A stretch of DNA of 28,949 nucleotides. Source: Tubiluchus corallicola. Its lineage: Eukaryota > Animalia > Priapulida. The stretch is from NCBI GenBank assembly GCA_030141605.1, contig JAQGDQ010001695.1, forward strand, positions 1-28,949. The letters run 5' to 3'. Of this stretch, positions 13,030 to 26,269 are shown in pieces. Position 1 is the first letter of the stretch, and every line of letters starts with the position of its first letter. Under the pieces are notes generated by a model that did not search any database, was not told the origin of the DNA, and worked only from the letters and a program-made list of their open reading frames with translations. The translations under genes were made by a program, and so were the position numbers.

Positions 13030-13480
13030 TGTGCCACATCAGCTACTCAGGTACTCAGGTCACACACCTGCAACTCAGGTCACACATCTGCTACTCTGGT
13101 ACTCATGTCACACATCTGCTACTCAGGTACTCATGTCACATACCTGCTACTCAGGTACTCATGTCACACACCTGCAACTCAGGTACTAATGTCACACATC
13201 TGCTACTCTGGTACTCATGTGACACATTTGCTACTCTGGTACTCAGGACACACATCTGCTACTCAGGTACTCATGTCACACAACTGCTACTCAGGTACTC
13301 ATGTCACAAAACTGCTACTCAGGTACTCATGTCACACATCTGCTTCTCTGGTGCTCATGTCACACATCAGCTACTCAGGTACCATGCTACACATCTGCTA
13401 CTCAGGTACTCATGTCACACACATTTGCTACTCAGGTACTCATATCACACACATCCGCTACTCGGGTACTCATGTCACAC
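13030..13480. repeat. 28-bp minisatellite, about 16 copies
   Basis: Unit cacacatctgctactcaggtactcatgt (for example at 13081 and 13109). Confidence 0.95.
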
Positions 13481-14121
13481 GTGAGTAACAATCACTGGGC
13501 TTGGTCGTGAATGCCTAACAGCTGCGATGTTTCGTTTATTCTGACACGGTCATCTCCGGCAAACATTTTAGAAAAAGAAATGCGAAAATTATTGTTTGTT
13601 TACTACGTAGTGCACAAATACAAGCGTATCTTTATCGTCACAAAGATTTACAAATAAGCATCGGCTTTTTTTCCAAAAGATGGCAGCGCCCTGTCTAACA
13701 GCGCTAGCTCCTTCATCATCATTATCATTTCAGGGTAACACCAACCCGTTTCTCAGTAATTGTTCGTTCACCATTGTGGTAATTAATGTTAAACAAACTG
13801 GCCGTGGCCTGTGTTCTTCAAAAAGTTAATTGTGCGGCAAAATTCACGGAGAAAATTAATCAAAGTTCAATGAGCCTTATTACTCAAAATTATCTGGAAA
13901 ACAGTAAAATTAATAAGTTGTATTTCATCTGATATGATATCATCAGGCGAGAAAAACACCTAAATATATATCAGATCAGTTACAACTCACAGTAAGTCAA
14001 CTACCGGCAGCAAGATTAAGTAGAAATCTATTATGTACAACATTATTAAATAGTTAACTTTGGTATACGCTTAGTACGTACAACTGCAAGCAGTGCAATT
14101 GAAGTCAAACATATTGGTTTA

Positions 14122-14510
14122 TGATGTGTTTTGTTTCTCTCGAAAGGGTCATAGAGAAAACCAGAAAACACTTCATCAAATTAAACTAGTTTATTAAGCG
14201 AGAATTCTACAACACAAAAGTATGAAGGAACGCGAAATGATTACAGTAAACGTGAAAATCTGGAAAACGTTTGAGTGTATCTGAAAATGCAAGTATACAA
14301 GAGAATGTGTAAGTGGCGTCCGTGTGAATCTGTGTGCATGTCTCAGTGGCCTGCTTCGCCTTATATAGCGTGCCCGAGAAGCTTCTAGACGTTTCTTTCC
14401 AGAATATTCTACACGGTAAAACGATTATTCTAACGGAACATTCTACAATGTTCTATTTAGTTCTAATAGATGCCAGCGATCTCCACAACAGTATATCACT
14501 CCGCCCCCCG
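14122..14510 (-). mobile_element. Probable 3' LTR of an LTR retrotransposon with adjacent polypurine tract
   Basis: TGAT...ATCA ends (14122-14498); on the minus strand, in order: PPT CGGGGGGCGGAG abutting TG, GAAnnTTC motifs, TATATAA (14361-14367), AATAAA (14190-14195). Confidence 0.6.
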
Positions 14511-15750
14511 CTGTAACGTAAGTACGCTCAGCGGCCTTCGGAACAACAGCTCACTCTGGACAACAACTGCCTCAACTAAACTAAACAGCATGACAGTCAC
14601 AACTAATGTCTAATCAGCAGATAAACTGATTGCACTTTTTCATAAATACAAATTTGCAGAGTAGCAGCTATTTTAACACGAAATTAACACTCCAAGTTGC
14701 CAAAAAATGACTTTTCAATTTAAACAGAATGTAGAGACAAAGTTTCAAAGCACTACAAAATACAGAGACATAAGTATAATAAAGAAACTAAGCCAGTTAG
14801 CTTTGCTTTACAATAAATGAGCAACAAAAATATTAAGTCTCTTTTGCTTTTAAACATACGAACATCAAGCCTGCGATGTATTTTTCTGTATTAGCTGATC
14901 ATGTGCTCGTCTGCAAAGTTTATTCATTTTTTGTATTTTTCCGTTTGTTAGGCTACAGAAATGGAATAAATTTGACTGTTCCATTCCATAAACGAACCTT
15001 AGATTGAATGTCCGAGTTACATAAGTCCCAATGGCATCTTTTAACCATGATTATAACCAGAAAAATAGTGTAGAATTAGCTAATACTACATTGATGTATA
15101 ATATAAGTTTTGAACACATTTGAATTGGCTTTGACTATGACGATGAGGTTTATAAAAACTGGCCAGAAAAGAAAACATTTTGTTTTGTCCTTATTTAAAG
15201 TTAGTCAAATAGTTGTTTTTATCTAACTTGCAAAGCCATAGACTAAACTAAACTGGGTATTTTCTTGATTACAAAATGGTTTAATCAGCAACTCACAGAC
15301 GTAAGCGTTGTGCATTTCTTCCTATAAACGAAACTAGACTATATATTTCCACTAATCCACTTACAATTTCAATTGACAATAATAAGATCTAGAACCAGGC
15401 CAGTATTTCTCCTGCTAACTAATGAAAAGTTGAGCATTTTTCATGACAGTGTTAGACGCAGCTGTAGCTAAATGTCCCAAACAAAAACAGCCAACATCTT
15501 CAAATAGCTAATCAAATATCCACCCATAATATGTTATTTACGCAAATGCACGACACAAAATTTTTGCACGTTAATAACAGTTGTAAAAAATATGGTGTAA
15601 ATTTTCACTTAGCAACAGGCCACAGTTTAGCTGGAACAAAAGGTTGCCATGGTGTTTGTGACACGCAGCTGCTATGTTCAATGTCCTGCTGTAGCTTCTA
15701 ACATCACACTGCTGGAATGGGAATTGCCACGGCGACTGAGCAATTTTTTC

Positions 15751-16630
15751 ACTGCCATCTAGGGGCGTGTTAAGAAAACAATGCAAGTGTGTGATTGCAC
15801 TACTTGCAGTCGTACTTGACTGCCATCTAGGGGCGGGTTAAGAAAACAATGCAAGTGTGTAATTGCACTTCTTACAGTCATACTTGACTGCGATCTAGGG
15901 GCGAGTTAAAAAAAACAATGCAAGTGTGTAATTGCACTTCTTACAGTCATACTTGACTGCCATCTAGGGGCGAGTTAAAAAAACAATGCAAGTGTGTAAT
16001 TGCACTTCTTACAGTCGTACTTGACTGCCATCTAGGGGCGGGTTAAAAAAACAATGCAAGTGTGTAATTGCACTTCTTACAGTCATACTTGACTGCCATC
16101 TAGGGGCGAGTTAAAAAAACAATGCAAGTGTGTAATTGCACTTCTTACAGTCGTACTTGACTGCCATCTAGGGGCGGGTTAAAAAAACAATGCAAGTGTG
16201 TAATTGCACTTCTTACAGTCATACTTGACTGCCATCTAGGGGCGAGTTAAAAAAACAATGCAAGTGTGTAATTGCACTTCTTACAGTCGTACTTGACTGC
16301 CATCTAGGGGCGGGTTAAAAAAACAATGCAAGTGTGTAATTGCACTTCTTACAGTCATACTTGACTGCCATCTAGGGGCGAGTTAAAAAAACAATGCAAG
16401 TGTGTAATTGCACTTCTTGCAGTCGTACTTGACTGCCATCTAGGGGCGGGTTAAAAAAACAATGCAAGTGCGTAATTGTACTACTTGCAGTCGTACTTGA
16501 CTGCCATCTAGGGGCAAGTTAAAAAAACAATGCAAGTGTGTGATTGCACTACTTGCAGTCGTACTTGACTGCCATCTAGGGGCGGGTTAAAAAAACAATG
16601 CAAGTGTGTGTATTGCGTTACTTGCAGTCG
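15751..16630. repeat. 68-bp minisatellite, 13 copies, each with a CTCF-like motif
   Basis: Unit gactgccatctaggggcgRgttaaaaaaacaatgcaagtgtgtaattgcacttcttacagtcRtactt. Confidence 0.97.
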
Positions 16631-16699
16631 TTTATATTACGGAAAATACTGTGATAAACATTAGCTAATATGATAGTATGAAAGTACTAAGAGACTTAC

Positions 16700-16768
16700 T
16701 TTGGTTGCAGCTAGAGATCTGCTAGTGCTAAAGCTTCTCCTGCAACAAAAGTTCTTGGCAGTTGCTTT
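16700..16768 (-). CDS. PDHB: PDHB exon 2 (mitochondrial presequence, C-terminal part)
   Basis: 69 nt, phase 0, KATAKNFCCRRSFSTSRSLAATK; RRSFSTS is typical of presequence cleavage regions; atttcag| and AAA|gtaagt. Confidence 0.85.
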
Positions 16769-17343
16769 CTGAAATGGTCAGTGATCACATTAAATTGTAA
16801 TTGTAATTTATGATCACTTCAGCATGTATTTTTACATTGAATTTGCATTATTATCTTTATAACTATTATGCGTCATACCTAGGAAAATGAAATATATTTA
16901 CAATAATTGCAACAGAACTACATTAGTATACTATAGCGTGGTATAGTCAAGGAAAAAATTCCAAATATAATTACAAAATTTAACAGAAGTATATTAACAT
17001 AGTTACTAAATTACATAAAAGTTTGTCAACAAGAAATAGATGCTGCATGGTGGTCAAGAAGCAAAGCTTGTAAGACCTTCATGAAAAGTGAAGAAGAAAC
17101 GACTTAATTTACAAGAGAGAGAATTATAGAAAAACAGAAAATAGTTAAGATAAAATAATAGAGAAAGATAGAGAAAAAGAGAAAAGAAATGAAATAGAAA
17201 GGAGTTCAGCAGAGACGTGATGCAAAAGTATAAAAATATAAACTGTAATGTAACCAGTCGCGGGATGTACTGTAACTATCGCACTTAACAGAAAACAAAA
17301 CCAGATGAGAATAACCTTAGACATTACGGAAAACAGTAAACAT

Positions 17344-17804
17344 CAGGGATGAGAATGACAAATTGCAAAAAACTCGGAAACAGGCCGGGGGTTTGGGGGC
17401 CGCGTAGGCCATAGAGAACGTTTAAGTGTACTTAAAATATCAATTACCTTGTTTCATGCATAATTTAAAATACTCAACTATCAAGGATACATGATACCAA
17501 ATTGTCTCAAAAATGCCCAAGTACTGGCCGCTCCTATGCAAAAGTATATAACAACTGTCTGCAATTGACTCAAATAACTCCACACAATTGATTCTATATT
17601 TTTATACATAGAGATATACATGTGGTTACACTGACGTACGTGATGTAAACAAAGTGACGGCCTGCCAACTATCGGTCAGCTTGTGAAATAATGTACTGGG
17701 TCCATAAAAATTTTCTCAACGAATTTACACGATTTACAAAATTGGCACTACTGGTCTTCCAAAAACTCGGAATTCCGAGTATCTGCGGAAAATTCTCATC
17801 CCTG
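17344..17804. mobile_element. MITE with perfect 13-bp TIRs, hAT-like termini
   Basis: CAGGGATGAGAAT / ATTCTCATCCCTG; flanks AAACAT / AAGCAT (6 bp, one mismatch); ACTCGGAA subterminal repeats. Confidence 0.75.
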
Positions 17805-18774
17805 AAGCATCCGAGTGATTAAATTTAATTTTCCTGTTTACTGGATCTTTGTTAGCAACATGTGCTGTGTGTGTGTGTGGGGGGGGGGGGTGTAACTTGA
17901 GTTAACAAATCGAACAACCACTGCCTGCAATTAGTCAGCTATAATGAGCGCTTCCTGCATACAGGATTATCTTGATAAAGGGACAGGTTTTGGAATAGTT
18001 TGAAGCTTACACGGTTTTTGCAGACTCATATCAAATTACAGCAGAGCTTCCAATTTTAGGTTTAGTTTTTTGGCACAGTGACAGTAACACATGAGCAGTT
18101 GTCAAGACTGACATAAGCTGTTAATGTGTAGATTCCAGTCCTTCCACAATAATCAACATAAGGAGGAACTGTTATTAAATGTTCAACACCAGATTACAAT
18201 GTCTGCAAACGTACTGCTTAAATTGTATGTTTTTACTGTATGTTAATATTTTACTAGTAATGTCAGTAATTCGAATTAATCTGCGACATATGCTTTAAAC
18301 TGAAAAGCAAATAAATTCTGTTATATATAAGGATAATTATTTAAACACTTACAAAGTACTAATGACATAACAGTGTTTACAAAAATTCAGGTTATGAGTT
18401 TTTTTTTTAAATTTATTCGTCTTTTACACGATATAACAATATACAATATTTATATTAGAATAAGTTATTAATTAGTAACTAGTAATAGTTAGAAATTACT
18501 ATACTATACTATAGTATTACTAATACTTCTATGATAATTGAGACAGGCTGCCGAAAGTCCTAGAGGTCACCTAGCAGCCAACCCTATTTATGCAACATTA
18601 GTTAATCTCTCTCTATGCAACATAGTATGGTTAATTATGTCACACTAGCTGAAGCGTTGTGCGAGACTTACTTAGTTTGAAGAAAACAATGCATCGAAAT
18701 GATAATTGATATAATAAAAATAATAACCATGCAATAGTTTAATAAAGTTTGAAATGAAAACTATAAATGCAGAC

Positions 18775-18822
18775 CTTTAAAAGCCATCTAACCGCGGAAA
18801 TACTTTTTATTGTTTGAGCCAT
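18775..18822 (-). CDS. PDHB: PDHB exon 1 (start of mitochondrial presequence)
   Basis: 48 nt, phase 0, MAQTIKSISAVRWLLK, basic with no acidic residues; weak donor AAG|gtctgc. Confidence 0.7.
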
Positions 18823-20430
18823 AGTTCAAATCACGCGCTAAATCGTTTAATAGAAGAAAATTATTAGAATTTTTCAGTTTTACGGAAAGCAGCCACCATA
18901 ATTACATATCCCAACATGCAATGTCAAAGTGGTGGCTTTTCTATTCAATTCTATTTATTGCATAAATACAGTAAAGTACCATAGCAAAAAATACAATTAC
19001 AAAAAAACGAAGTACAAGAACAAATACAAAATAAAACAAACAGAATTAAGCAACGTTGCAAAAACATGAGTTTGTGCAAGTTATTTACTTAAATAGTCTA
19101 CTTAAATCTAATAAGAAATTATGTGCTCTTATGAAATCATATTTAAAAACATGAAAATAGTTATATAAAATTATAGTTCACATTACATTTTTAAACTCTT
19201 TCATTATGGAACTTAATACGATCAAACTCTAACAAATGCTGCTGACTGCTGATTTGCTGAAGCAGCAGCATGCTGTCATTTTGATGGTAGGACTTCCAGT
19301 ATTATAATTAAAGTGGTAGTGATTTGTTGTAAGCTACATTTATCAAATGTTAGGAAATGTAATCATTATTACTTTGTGAATAAGTTTCCCTTAGATCTAA
19401 TTCAAGATAGTGCTTCAACTATAGTGATGGAGCAATTGACGTCACGGAAATTACATTACCAGGAGACTATTCAGTTTTAAGTCATATCCAACCCCAAAGG
19501 ACTGCAGAATATGTGAGAGAGTCGACACATAAAGCTTCAACATTAAAGACAATGACGTTCGCAGTCTAATAATACACTTCTGTATAATTAGTCTGAGGTA
19601 GTACATGGTAGGGCACCACTGTAATCACTAGAGGAGAGCATCGAATGTTCAAGTTAATGTTCATTGGTTTGAACTAGTCTTTTAAATCAAATCCAATTCG
19701 AACTTAAAATTAAGGATTTGTATAATTAATCACATCAACTGCAAAAGTTCTTTATAATGATTGAAACAGCTTGCAATTAGGACAATTTAGTTGATATTTC
19801 TGTGCACAATTTTTAACAAAATTAATTTTAAGTGGTTTTGCTAAAGAAAAAAACAAGGAATGTGCATGCATGTAATAGAGACACTGCTTTTTATTAATGA
19901 TTTGAAAATTTATTTGAAAATGTTTTTTTAAATTGAATTCGAATTGTGCTGCTTTAAAAAATTGTGATTCGTGCGTCGCACTCCAGCAATGATTCGTTGC
20001 GCTGAATAATCCGGTTAATGGCCGCTCTGTCAGGAACGTGGCAGTCGGGGACACTGCGGGCAATTTATTGGATAAGTTTTAGCAAAGTTTGCGCTTTGTG
20101 CTATAGAAATAGGTACAGCGGGTCACCCGTGTCAATAATTTTCAAGATCATTATACAAAACTTTACTGCACGATTTAGGAAACATTACAGGTATTGTACC
20201 TTATGTGAGTAAATGCATAGCTGGCCAACAAATTCGCGTGGTTTTCGTATGTAACGTTCGTAGCCTTTTCACTCACACAGAACGTCAGAGCTTGACCTTT
20301 CACTGCGATGTAGTACTAGTACTAGTAGTAGTAGGTAAACGTACGTAGGACTACGTGCGCGCTGGAACACTCGTTGTTTTACCCACAACTTGAGAAGAAG
20401 TATCGCAGTGTATCTGTAATGGTGTATGTT
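18823..20430. promoter_or_regulatory. Divergent promoter region of PDHB and COX6C
   Basis: Lies between oppositely oriented genes; CpG-richer patches near 18790-18890 and 19970-20410; candidate non-coding COX6C exon donors at 20205 (gtgagt) and 20424 (gtatgt). Confidence 0.5.
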
Positions 20431-20915
20431 TTAGGTTCATGTACTCACTTTATAATGCTAATGTTCAATTCCGATGCACTGAGTTAACTGGTGCCTATTT
20501 CCTAGGGCTGTAAAAATACATCTTACTCCTTAGTTACCGATACGATATGCATCACTATGGACCTGGTTTAATGTTTGCAGGTTTTATAACAAAAATCTAG
20601 ATGAAACCATTGATAATAAATGCTAAACATATTTTATCAATCAACAGTTTTGGGATTGGTAAATGCCAAAATAGCTTGACAGATTGTTAATTTTTATCTA
20701 TTACTCGTGTAATGCGTATGCTATTGTTTGCATTGTAAGCCACCAGAAAAGCAAAACATATCAATACTTTAATTTTCAAAGTTACTTGTGCATTTTCTGG
20801 CATAAAACTTTTGCCATTCTGCAGGTTTATTGTGTAAAACAATGTAATTAGTTACTACAGATTAAACATCTTGTTTTGATCTATAGTTTAAGATGGTGTT
20901 CAGTTTTCCCTTAAC

Positions 20916-21196
20916 TAGGGCTAAGGCTAAAAGGTTAACTGTTTAACCGACCACTAACTGGTATAACTGTGTAGAAAGTCACAAACCGTTTAACCGTTAC
21001 TTAGCCAAGTTTTCTACTGATCCGTATTAATGAAACCTTGTATCTTTTCGGAGTTGGCCTACACAGTTGGCAGTGTCTTGCTTATATAAAACTGTACTAT
21101 TTACAACATTGTTTTAAAAAATCTGGTTGCCTAATAAACTGGTTAACCAACCACAATTAATAATGGTCAAACGGTTAGTTAAAAAGGCCAACTCTA
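20916..21196. mobile_element. Degenerate hAT-like MITE remnant
   Basis: TAGGGCT start, AACTCTA end, repeated TTAACCG/GGTTAA motifs; no TSD recognised. Confidence 0.35.
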
Positions 21197-22049
21197 ACTA
21201 CGACATTCGACACAGGTCACCTCTGCTCATTTTTATCTGTACATAAGTACTAACATCTTAACTGTATTAAGATTCTGAAACTAAATAAATTTACTATTAC
21301 CATTACTATATTGGCTCATTAGTTAGATTAAGGCATTGGGCAACTATACTCTGTTTCGTATTGCCATGTGTTATTGAAATCAGATACATATATGTGTGTG
21401 TGCTTGCATAGCAAAATCATCCATAAGTTGGCAATTAAGCTTTTCTAGTTATTCACATATCCTGAATCTACATTTCGTGAGGATCATTTTGATACCAAGC
21501 TCATCGCTCTCTGGTATTTGTAAGCGGAGATAATCCACATTGAAGTTGAGGTGCAGGTTATGCACTGAAACACATAATCTTGAGAAAATCACTGTGAAAG
21601 TTAGCCATTGTTTTTGTCGCATTTCTGCAAAAGACTTAGCAACCGTATGAATGTTGGTTGCTATGGAGTTTGCAAGAACACATTGAAGTTATGTTTAAAT
21701 CCAGTAGAGGGCTCTTTCTGATGAAGATCTGAGCTTGGCAACAGAAAAAACACCGAAGCAAAAATCTGAGCATTTTTTGCTCAGCATCAAGCTGCCATCT
21801 GAGTTTGAAAGTTTTTTTGCAATTGCATTAATAGTTTCTAGCCACAAATGTAGGTACAGGTTATAAAATTAGGTTTTTAGTATTTTTTGAATGCTATTTT
21901 TAGAATTTTCTTGATAAATTGATGCTAGAATATAAAAGTCCAAAATGTTTAGCATTTGTTTTTATAAAAACAAGAAACTGACATTTGACCAAATTTTTGG
22001 TGCATCCTACTTTGAAGCATCATAACGTAGTTTTAAGTATGCGGACTTA

Positions 22050-22707
<658 letters not shown>

Positions 22708-22780
22708 TGGTTTTAATTTGCATGCACATGTATAATGTCTAACTAAAGTTCAGTGTTGATTTCATTTCCTTTAGTTAACA

Positions 22781-22932
22781 ATGAGTTTAGTGAAGCCTCA
22801 ACTCCGAGGTTTGCTGAAGAAAGCGATCAAGAGGGATTTAGCTGTTGCTATCACTCTTGCATTGAGTGCTAGCACTTGTTACTACGCGTTTGTGGCTCGA
22901 CCGCGGAAAGCAATATATGCCGAGTTTTACAA
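22781..22932 (+). CDS. COX6C: Cytochrome c oxidase subunit 6C, first coding exon
   Basis: MSLVKPQLRGLLKKAIKRDLAVAITLALSASTCYYAFVARPRKAIYAEFY(K): KPQxRGLL, transmembrane helix, PRKxxYAEFY; acceptor tttcctttag at 22774; donor AA|gtgagt; absent from the ORF track. Confidence 0.96.
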
Positions 22933-23144
22933 GTGAGTAGGCCTACATCGTATTTGAATAACAATGTTAGATAAATAAATTGTAAATCAATAGGTATTTG
23001 ACCTTGAAACTTCATTAACTGGATTAGCAGAACTTGCTGAACTGCTCAGTATTAATTACACTGTGCTTCGGCTCAACACCGTACAACCAGTGGTTGAGAA
23101 CATCACCAGACCTCTGTTGATTATTGCATAGTTTAACATTTGTG

Positions 23145-23206
23145 AAGGAAGGGAAGAGAGGGAGAAGAAGAGGAGAGAGTGGCGAGAGAGAGAAATAGAG
23201 GGAGAT

Positions 23207-23237
<31 letters not shown>

Positions 23238-23480
23238 TGGAGGAAGAGAGAGAGAGTTAGTGAGAGAGGAGGAGAGAGTTAGTGAGAGAGGAGAGAGAGA
23301 GATGGAGGGGGAGAGAGAAATGGAGGGAGAGAGAGAGAGATGGGGAGAGAGAGAGAGAGATGGAGGGAGAGAGAGAGAGTTAGGGAGAGGGGAGAGAGAG
23401 AGTTAGTGAGAGAGAGAGAGAGTGAGACAGAAAGAGAGAGAGCAGGAGGGTAAAAATGAGCAGTAAGGGGGAGGGAGAGA
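23145..23480. repeat. (GA)n-rich compound microsatellite with GTTAGTGAG interruptions
   Basis: Reverse-complement type of the 22050-22707 repeat. Confidence 0.95.
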
Positions 23481-23559
23481 CTTCTTGCATGTCAAATATG
23501 GTGACGGCAAGACTGATAAGAAACGTTTGATGTTTTGTGTTTAGACGCCATGATTATAG

Positions 23560-23727
<168 letters not shown>

Positions 23728-23843
23728 CATAATTCATGTTGTAGCAAGGCCGTTGACCAACGTAGTTTAGGTAAAAAATTTAAGCCATTTGTCAACTGGT
23801 GTAAATGAGTAGTCACCAGTCTTGTAATTACGTGATACAGGAC

Positions 23844-25712
23844 TGTCTTTTAAAAGAACAATTGTAAAAACATACAAGTCTTTTAAAAGAACAATTGTAA
23901 AAACATACAACAGTCTTTTAAAAGGACAATTGTAAAAACATACAACAGTCTTTTAAAAGAACAATTGTAAAAACATACAACAGTCTTTTAAAAGAACAAT
24001 TGTAAAAACATACAACAGTCTTTTAAAAGCACAATTGTAAAGTAAAAACATACAACAGTCTTTTAAAAGGACAATTGTAAAAACATACAACAGTCTTTTA
24101 AAAGGACAATTGTAAAAACATACAAGTCTTTTAAAAGGACAATTGTAAAAACATACAACAGTCTTTTAAAAGAACAATTGTAAAAACATACAACAGTCTT
24201 TTAAAAGCACAATTGTAAAGTAAAAACATACAACAGTCTTTTAAAAGGACAATTGTAAAAACATACAACAGTCTTTTAAAAGGACAATTGTAAAAACATA
24301 CAAGTCTTTTAAAAGGACAATTGTAAAAACATACAACAGTCTTTTAAAAGGACAATTGTAAAAACATACAACAGTCTTTTAAAAGGAAAATTGTAAAAAC
24401 ATACAAGTCTTTTAAAAGGACAATTGTAAAAACATACAACAGTCTTTTAAAAGGACAATTGTAAAAACATACAACAGTCTTTTAAAAGAACAATTGTAAA
24501 AACATACAACAGTCTTTTAAAAGGATAATTGTAAAAACATACAACAGTCTTTCAAAAGGAAAATTGTAAAAACATACAAGTCTTTTAAAAGGACAATTGT
24601 AAAAACATACAACAGCCTTTTAAAAGGACAGTTGTAAAAACATACAACAGTCTTTTAAAAGGACAATTGTAAAAACATACAACAGTCTTTTAAAAGGACA
24701 ATTGTAAAAACATACAACAGTCTTTTAAAAAGACAATTGTAAAAACATACAAGTCTTTTAAAAGAACAATTGTAAAAAGATACAACAGTCTTTTAAAAGG
24801 AAAATTGTAAAAACATACAACAGTCTTTTAAAAGAACAATTGTAAAAACATAAAACAGTCTTTTAAAAGGATAATTGTAAAAACATACAACAGTCTTTTA
24901 AAAGGACAATTGTAAAAACATACAACAGTCTTTTAAAAGGACAATTGTAAAAACATACAAGTCTTTTAAAAGGACAATTGTAAAAACATACAACAGTCTT
25001 TTAAAAGAACAATTGTAAAAACATAAAACAGTCTTTTAAAAGGATAATTGTAAAAACATACAACAGTCTTTTAAAAGAACAATTGTAAAAACATACAACA
25101 GTCTTTTAAAAGGACAATTGTAAAAACATACAAGTCTTTTAAAAGGACAATTGTAAAAACATACAAGTCTTTTAAAAGGATAATTGTAAAAACATACAAC
25201 AGTCTTTTAAAAGAACAATTGTAAAAACATAAAACAGTCTTTTAAAAGGATAATTGTAAAAACATACAACAGTCTTTTAAAAGAACAATTGTAAAAACAT
25301 ACAACAGTCTTTTAAAAGAACAATTGTAAAAACATACAACAGTCTTTTAAAAGGATAATTGTAAAAACATACAACAGTCTTTTAAAAGAACAATTGTAAA
25401 AACATACACAGTCTTTTAAAAGGATAATTGTAAAAACATACAACAGTCTTTTAAAAGAACAATTGTAAAAACATAAAACAGTCTTTTAAAAGGATAATTG
25501 TAAAAACATACAACAGTCTTTTAAAAGAACAATTGTAAAAACATAAAACAGTCTTTTAAAAGGATAATTGTAAAAACATACAACAGTCTTTTAAAAGAAC
25601 AATTGTAAAAACATACAACAGTCTTTTAAAAGGAAAATTGTAAAAACATACAAGTCTTTTAAAAGGACAATTGTAAAAACATACAAGTCGTTTAAAAAGA
25701 AAATTGTAAAAC
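23844..25712. repeat. 35-bp (33-bp variant) AT-rich minisatellite, about 53 copies
   Basis: Unit aacagtcttttaaaaggacaattgtaaaaacatac, containing near-palindromic gtcttttaaaaggac and caattg. Confidence 0.98.
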
Positions 25713-25895
25713 AATTGGTCATGTTCACATTTAGCTAGTTCTTGTTAGCCTATTTTTCATATACTATTTGTCTTTTTTAATTTGTATTTTATATTTTTTG
25801 TTTAGGTAATCAAGTTAATACAAGTTTGTATTTGGAATATGCAACATCAGCACAAGTTGTACAACAACGTTCATGAAACCTTTTCTTTTCCTCAG

Positions 25896-25985
25896 GCCTA
25901 GAATTGGTTTGCTTACTAGTTGTTACTGGCGAAACGTAGACATTGATCTAAAAAGCTTATTAAAAATATACTAGAAATTTTTTAT
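25896..25985 (+). other. Candidate non-coding terminal exon of COX6C
   Basis: Strong acceptor ttttcttttcctcag (25895), ATTAAA at 25959-25964, T-rich downstream element. Confidence 0.5.
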
Positions 25986-26269
25986 TCATTCACTTAAGAA
26001 CTAGAAATTTTTTATTCATTCAATTAACAATTCCTACAAAAAGTAATTCATTTACAATTCATTTACAAAAACTTTTTAAAGAGATGTAATGTATTAAATA
26101 CAGTGAAACTGATGATACATTAGATTTTGTATGATTTTTTTTCTTATGTCAGATATAGCTAGCCAAATGTTTTTTAGAACTATGAACTATAAATTTATTT
26201 TCACACATCAAAAAATACAATATCAAACACATTAAAAACACATTAATAAACTTTAAATAAAATGATTCA

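Noticed and set aside
12970-13510. His/Thr-rich ORFs of 172, 158 and 69 aa
   Set aside because: Translations of the 28-bp repeat, antisense to PDHB.
16700-16739. Alternative acceptor ttttgttgcag inside PDHB exon 2
   Set aside because: Gives a 40-nt exon out of phase with the proposed exon 1; only viable if exon 1 is mis-assigned.
20018-20212. 64-aa ORF MAALSGTWQ in the divergent region
   Set aside because: No recognisable homology or link to either gene; more likely promoter or UTR sequence.
21400-22020. Possible Kolobok/T2-like element remnant
   Set aside because: Only one end resembles a terminus; no TIR pair or TSD found.
23179-23406. Arg/Glu-rich 75-aa ORF
   Set aside because: Translation of the GA microsatellite in the COX6C intron.
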